The notes below the pieces were generated by a model, which was not told the DNA's origin, searched no databases, and saw only the letters and a program-made list of their open reading frames with translations. The translations under genes were made by a program, and so were the position numbers. Positions 63,710 through 64,000 of a stretch of 64,000 nt of DNA are shown here, piece by piece. Within the stretch, counting starts at the first letter, position 1, and each line of letters begins with the position of its first letter. This DNA comes from Candidatus Peregrinibacteria bacterium (GTDB taxonomy: Bacteria; Patescibacteriota; Gracilibacteria; UBA1369; UBA12463): positions 6,678 through 70,677 of the forward strand of contig JBBIGU010000002.1 of NCBI GenBank assembly GCA_037447365.1. Direction: 5' to 3'.

Positions 63710-64000
63710 ATGAGAAAAATTGAAATTATGGCTCCAGTTGGGTCGTTTGAGGCCCTTGGTGCTGCTATTGAGGCTGGATGTAATAGTGTGTATTTCGGTG
63801 TTCAGCAGCTTAATATGCGAACTCGCGCTGCTCACAACTTCACCCTTGAGGAGCTCGTAGAGGTGGCGCAGCGCTGCAAAGACGCCGGCATTCGAAGCTA
63901 CATTACGTTGAATGTTCTCTTGTATGAGCATGATATGTCGATGATGCGACAGATTATTGATACCGCGAAAAAAGCTGGTATCAGCGCCATTATTGTTCAG
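63710..64000 (+). CDS. peptidase U32 family protein (5' fragment, runs off the window)
   Basis: AAGGAAG Shine-Dalgarno, then MRKIEIMAPVGSFEALGAAIEAGCNSVYFG..., the typical U32 N-terminus. No stop before the window end, so it is absent from the ORF track. Confidence 0.7.
   Translation, partial: MRKIEIMAPVGSFEALGAAIEAGCNSVYFGVQQLNMRTRAAHNFTLEELVEVAQRCKDAGIRSYITLNVLLYEHDMSMMRQIIDTAKKAGISAIIVQ

Noticed and set aside
1-64000. Alternative genetic code, with UGA read as Gly or Trp as in some candidate phyla or Mollicutes.
   Set aside because: All recognisable housekeeping genes (secA, ftsH, ftsK, the aaRS genes) are full length and uninterrupted under the standard code, and several end at TGA-free canonical positions. 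No split genes were seen.

Overview
The window is densely packed, with about 62 protein-coding genes, one RNA gene and short intergenic spacers. It reads cleanly in the standard bacterial code, with no sign of UGA recoding. Long same-strand gene runs dominate. I found no rRNA, tRNA, CRISPR array, transposase or integrase.

Gene content: ackA-pta fermentation, several aminoacyl-tRNA synthetases (gltX, metG, hisS), ftsK, secA, ftsH and tilS, and almost no biosynthesis. There are also type IV pilus genes, tandem VirB2-like pilin genes and many small secreted or membrane hypotheticals. This resembles a small-genome, surface-appendage-rich bacterium such as the CPR/Patescibacteria, but that lineage call is inference only.

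Recognisable blocks:
- ackA-pta, PHP phosphoesterase, gltX (1-5.5 kb)
- ftsK, galE, aspartokinase (6-11.3 kb)
- a roughly 16-kb minus-strand run: secA, sugar-phosphate transferase, RNase P RNA, a TPR / small / 872-aa operon, an SGNH-hydrolase fusion, galU, hsp20, ftsH, tilS
- a plus-strand type IV pilus operon (pilN-like, pilO-like, pilC, four prepilin-like genes) followed by metG
- a converging minus-strand block: small basic ORF, ftsQ/divIB-like, sbp, two hypotheticals, pilT, five tandem VirB2/TrbC-like pilin paralogs
- hisS, an unknown 523-aa protein plus an ATP-grasp ligase, aspA, a GNAT-like gene, rpmB
- lgt, epmA-efp plus a downstream ORF with an FtsZ-tail-like motif
- a LemA-TPM-membrane trio, an MFS transporter and envelope-related genes

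Best candidates for undescribed biology:
1. The five-gene VirB2-like pilin array fused to a pilT/division block, with no T4SS ATPase in view.
2. The TPR / 134-aa / 872-aa operon. Its large protein puts a peptidoglycan-binding domain and a transglutaminase-like core on opposite sides of one TM helix.
3. The 523-aa unknown plus ATP-grasp pair.
4. The efp-linked protein whose N-terminus mimics the FtsZ C-terminal peptide.
5. A perfect 22-bp tandem duplication carrying an extended -10 element.

All protein family calls come from motifs read by eye in the supplied translations. No database search was run.
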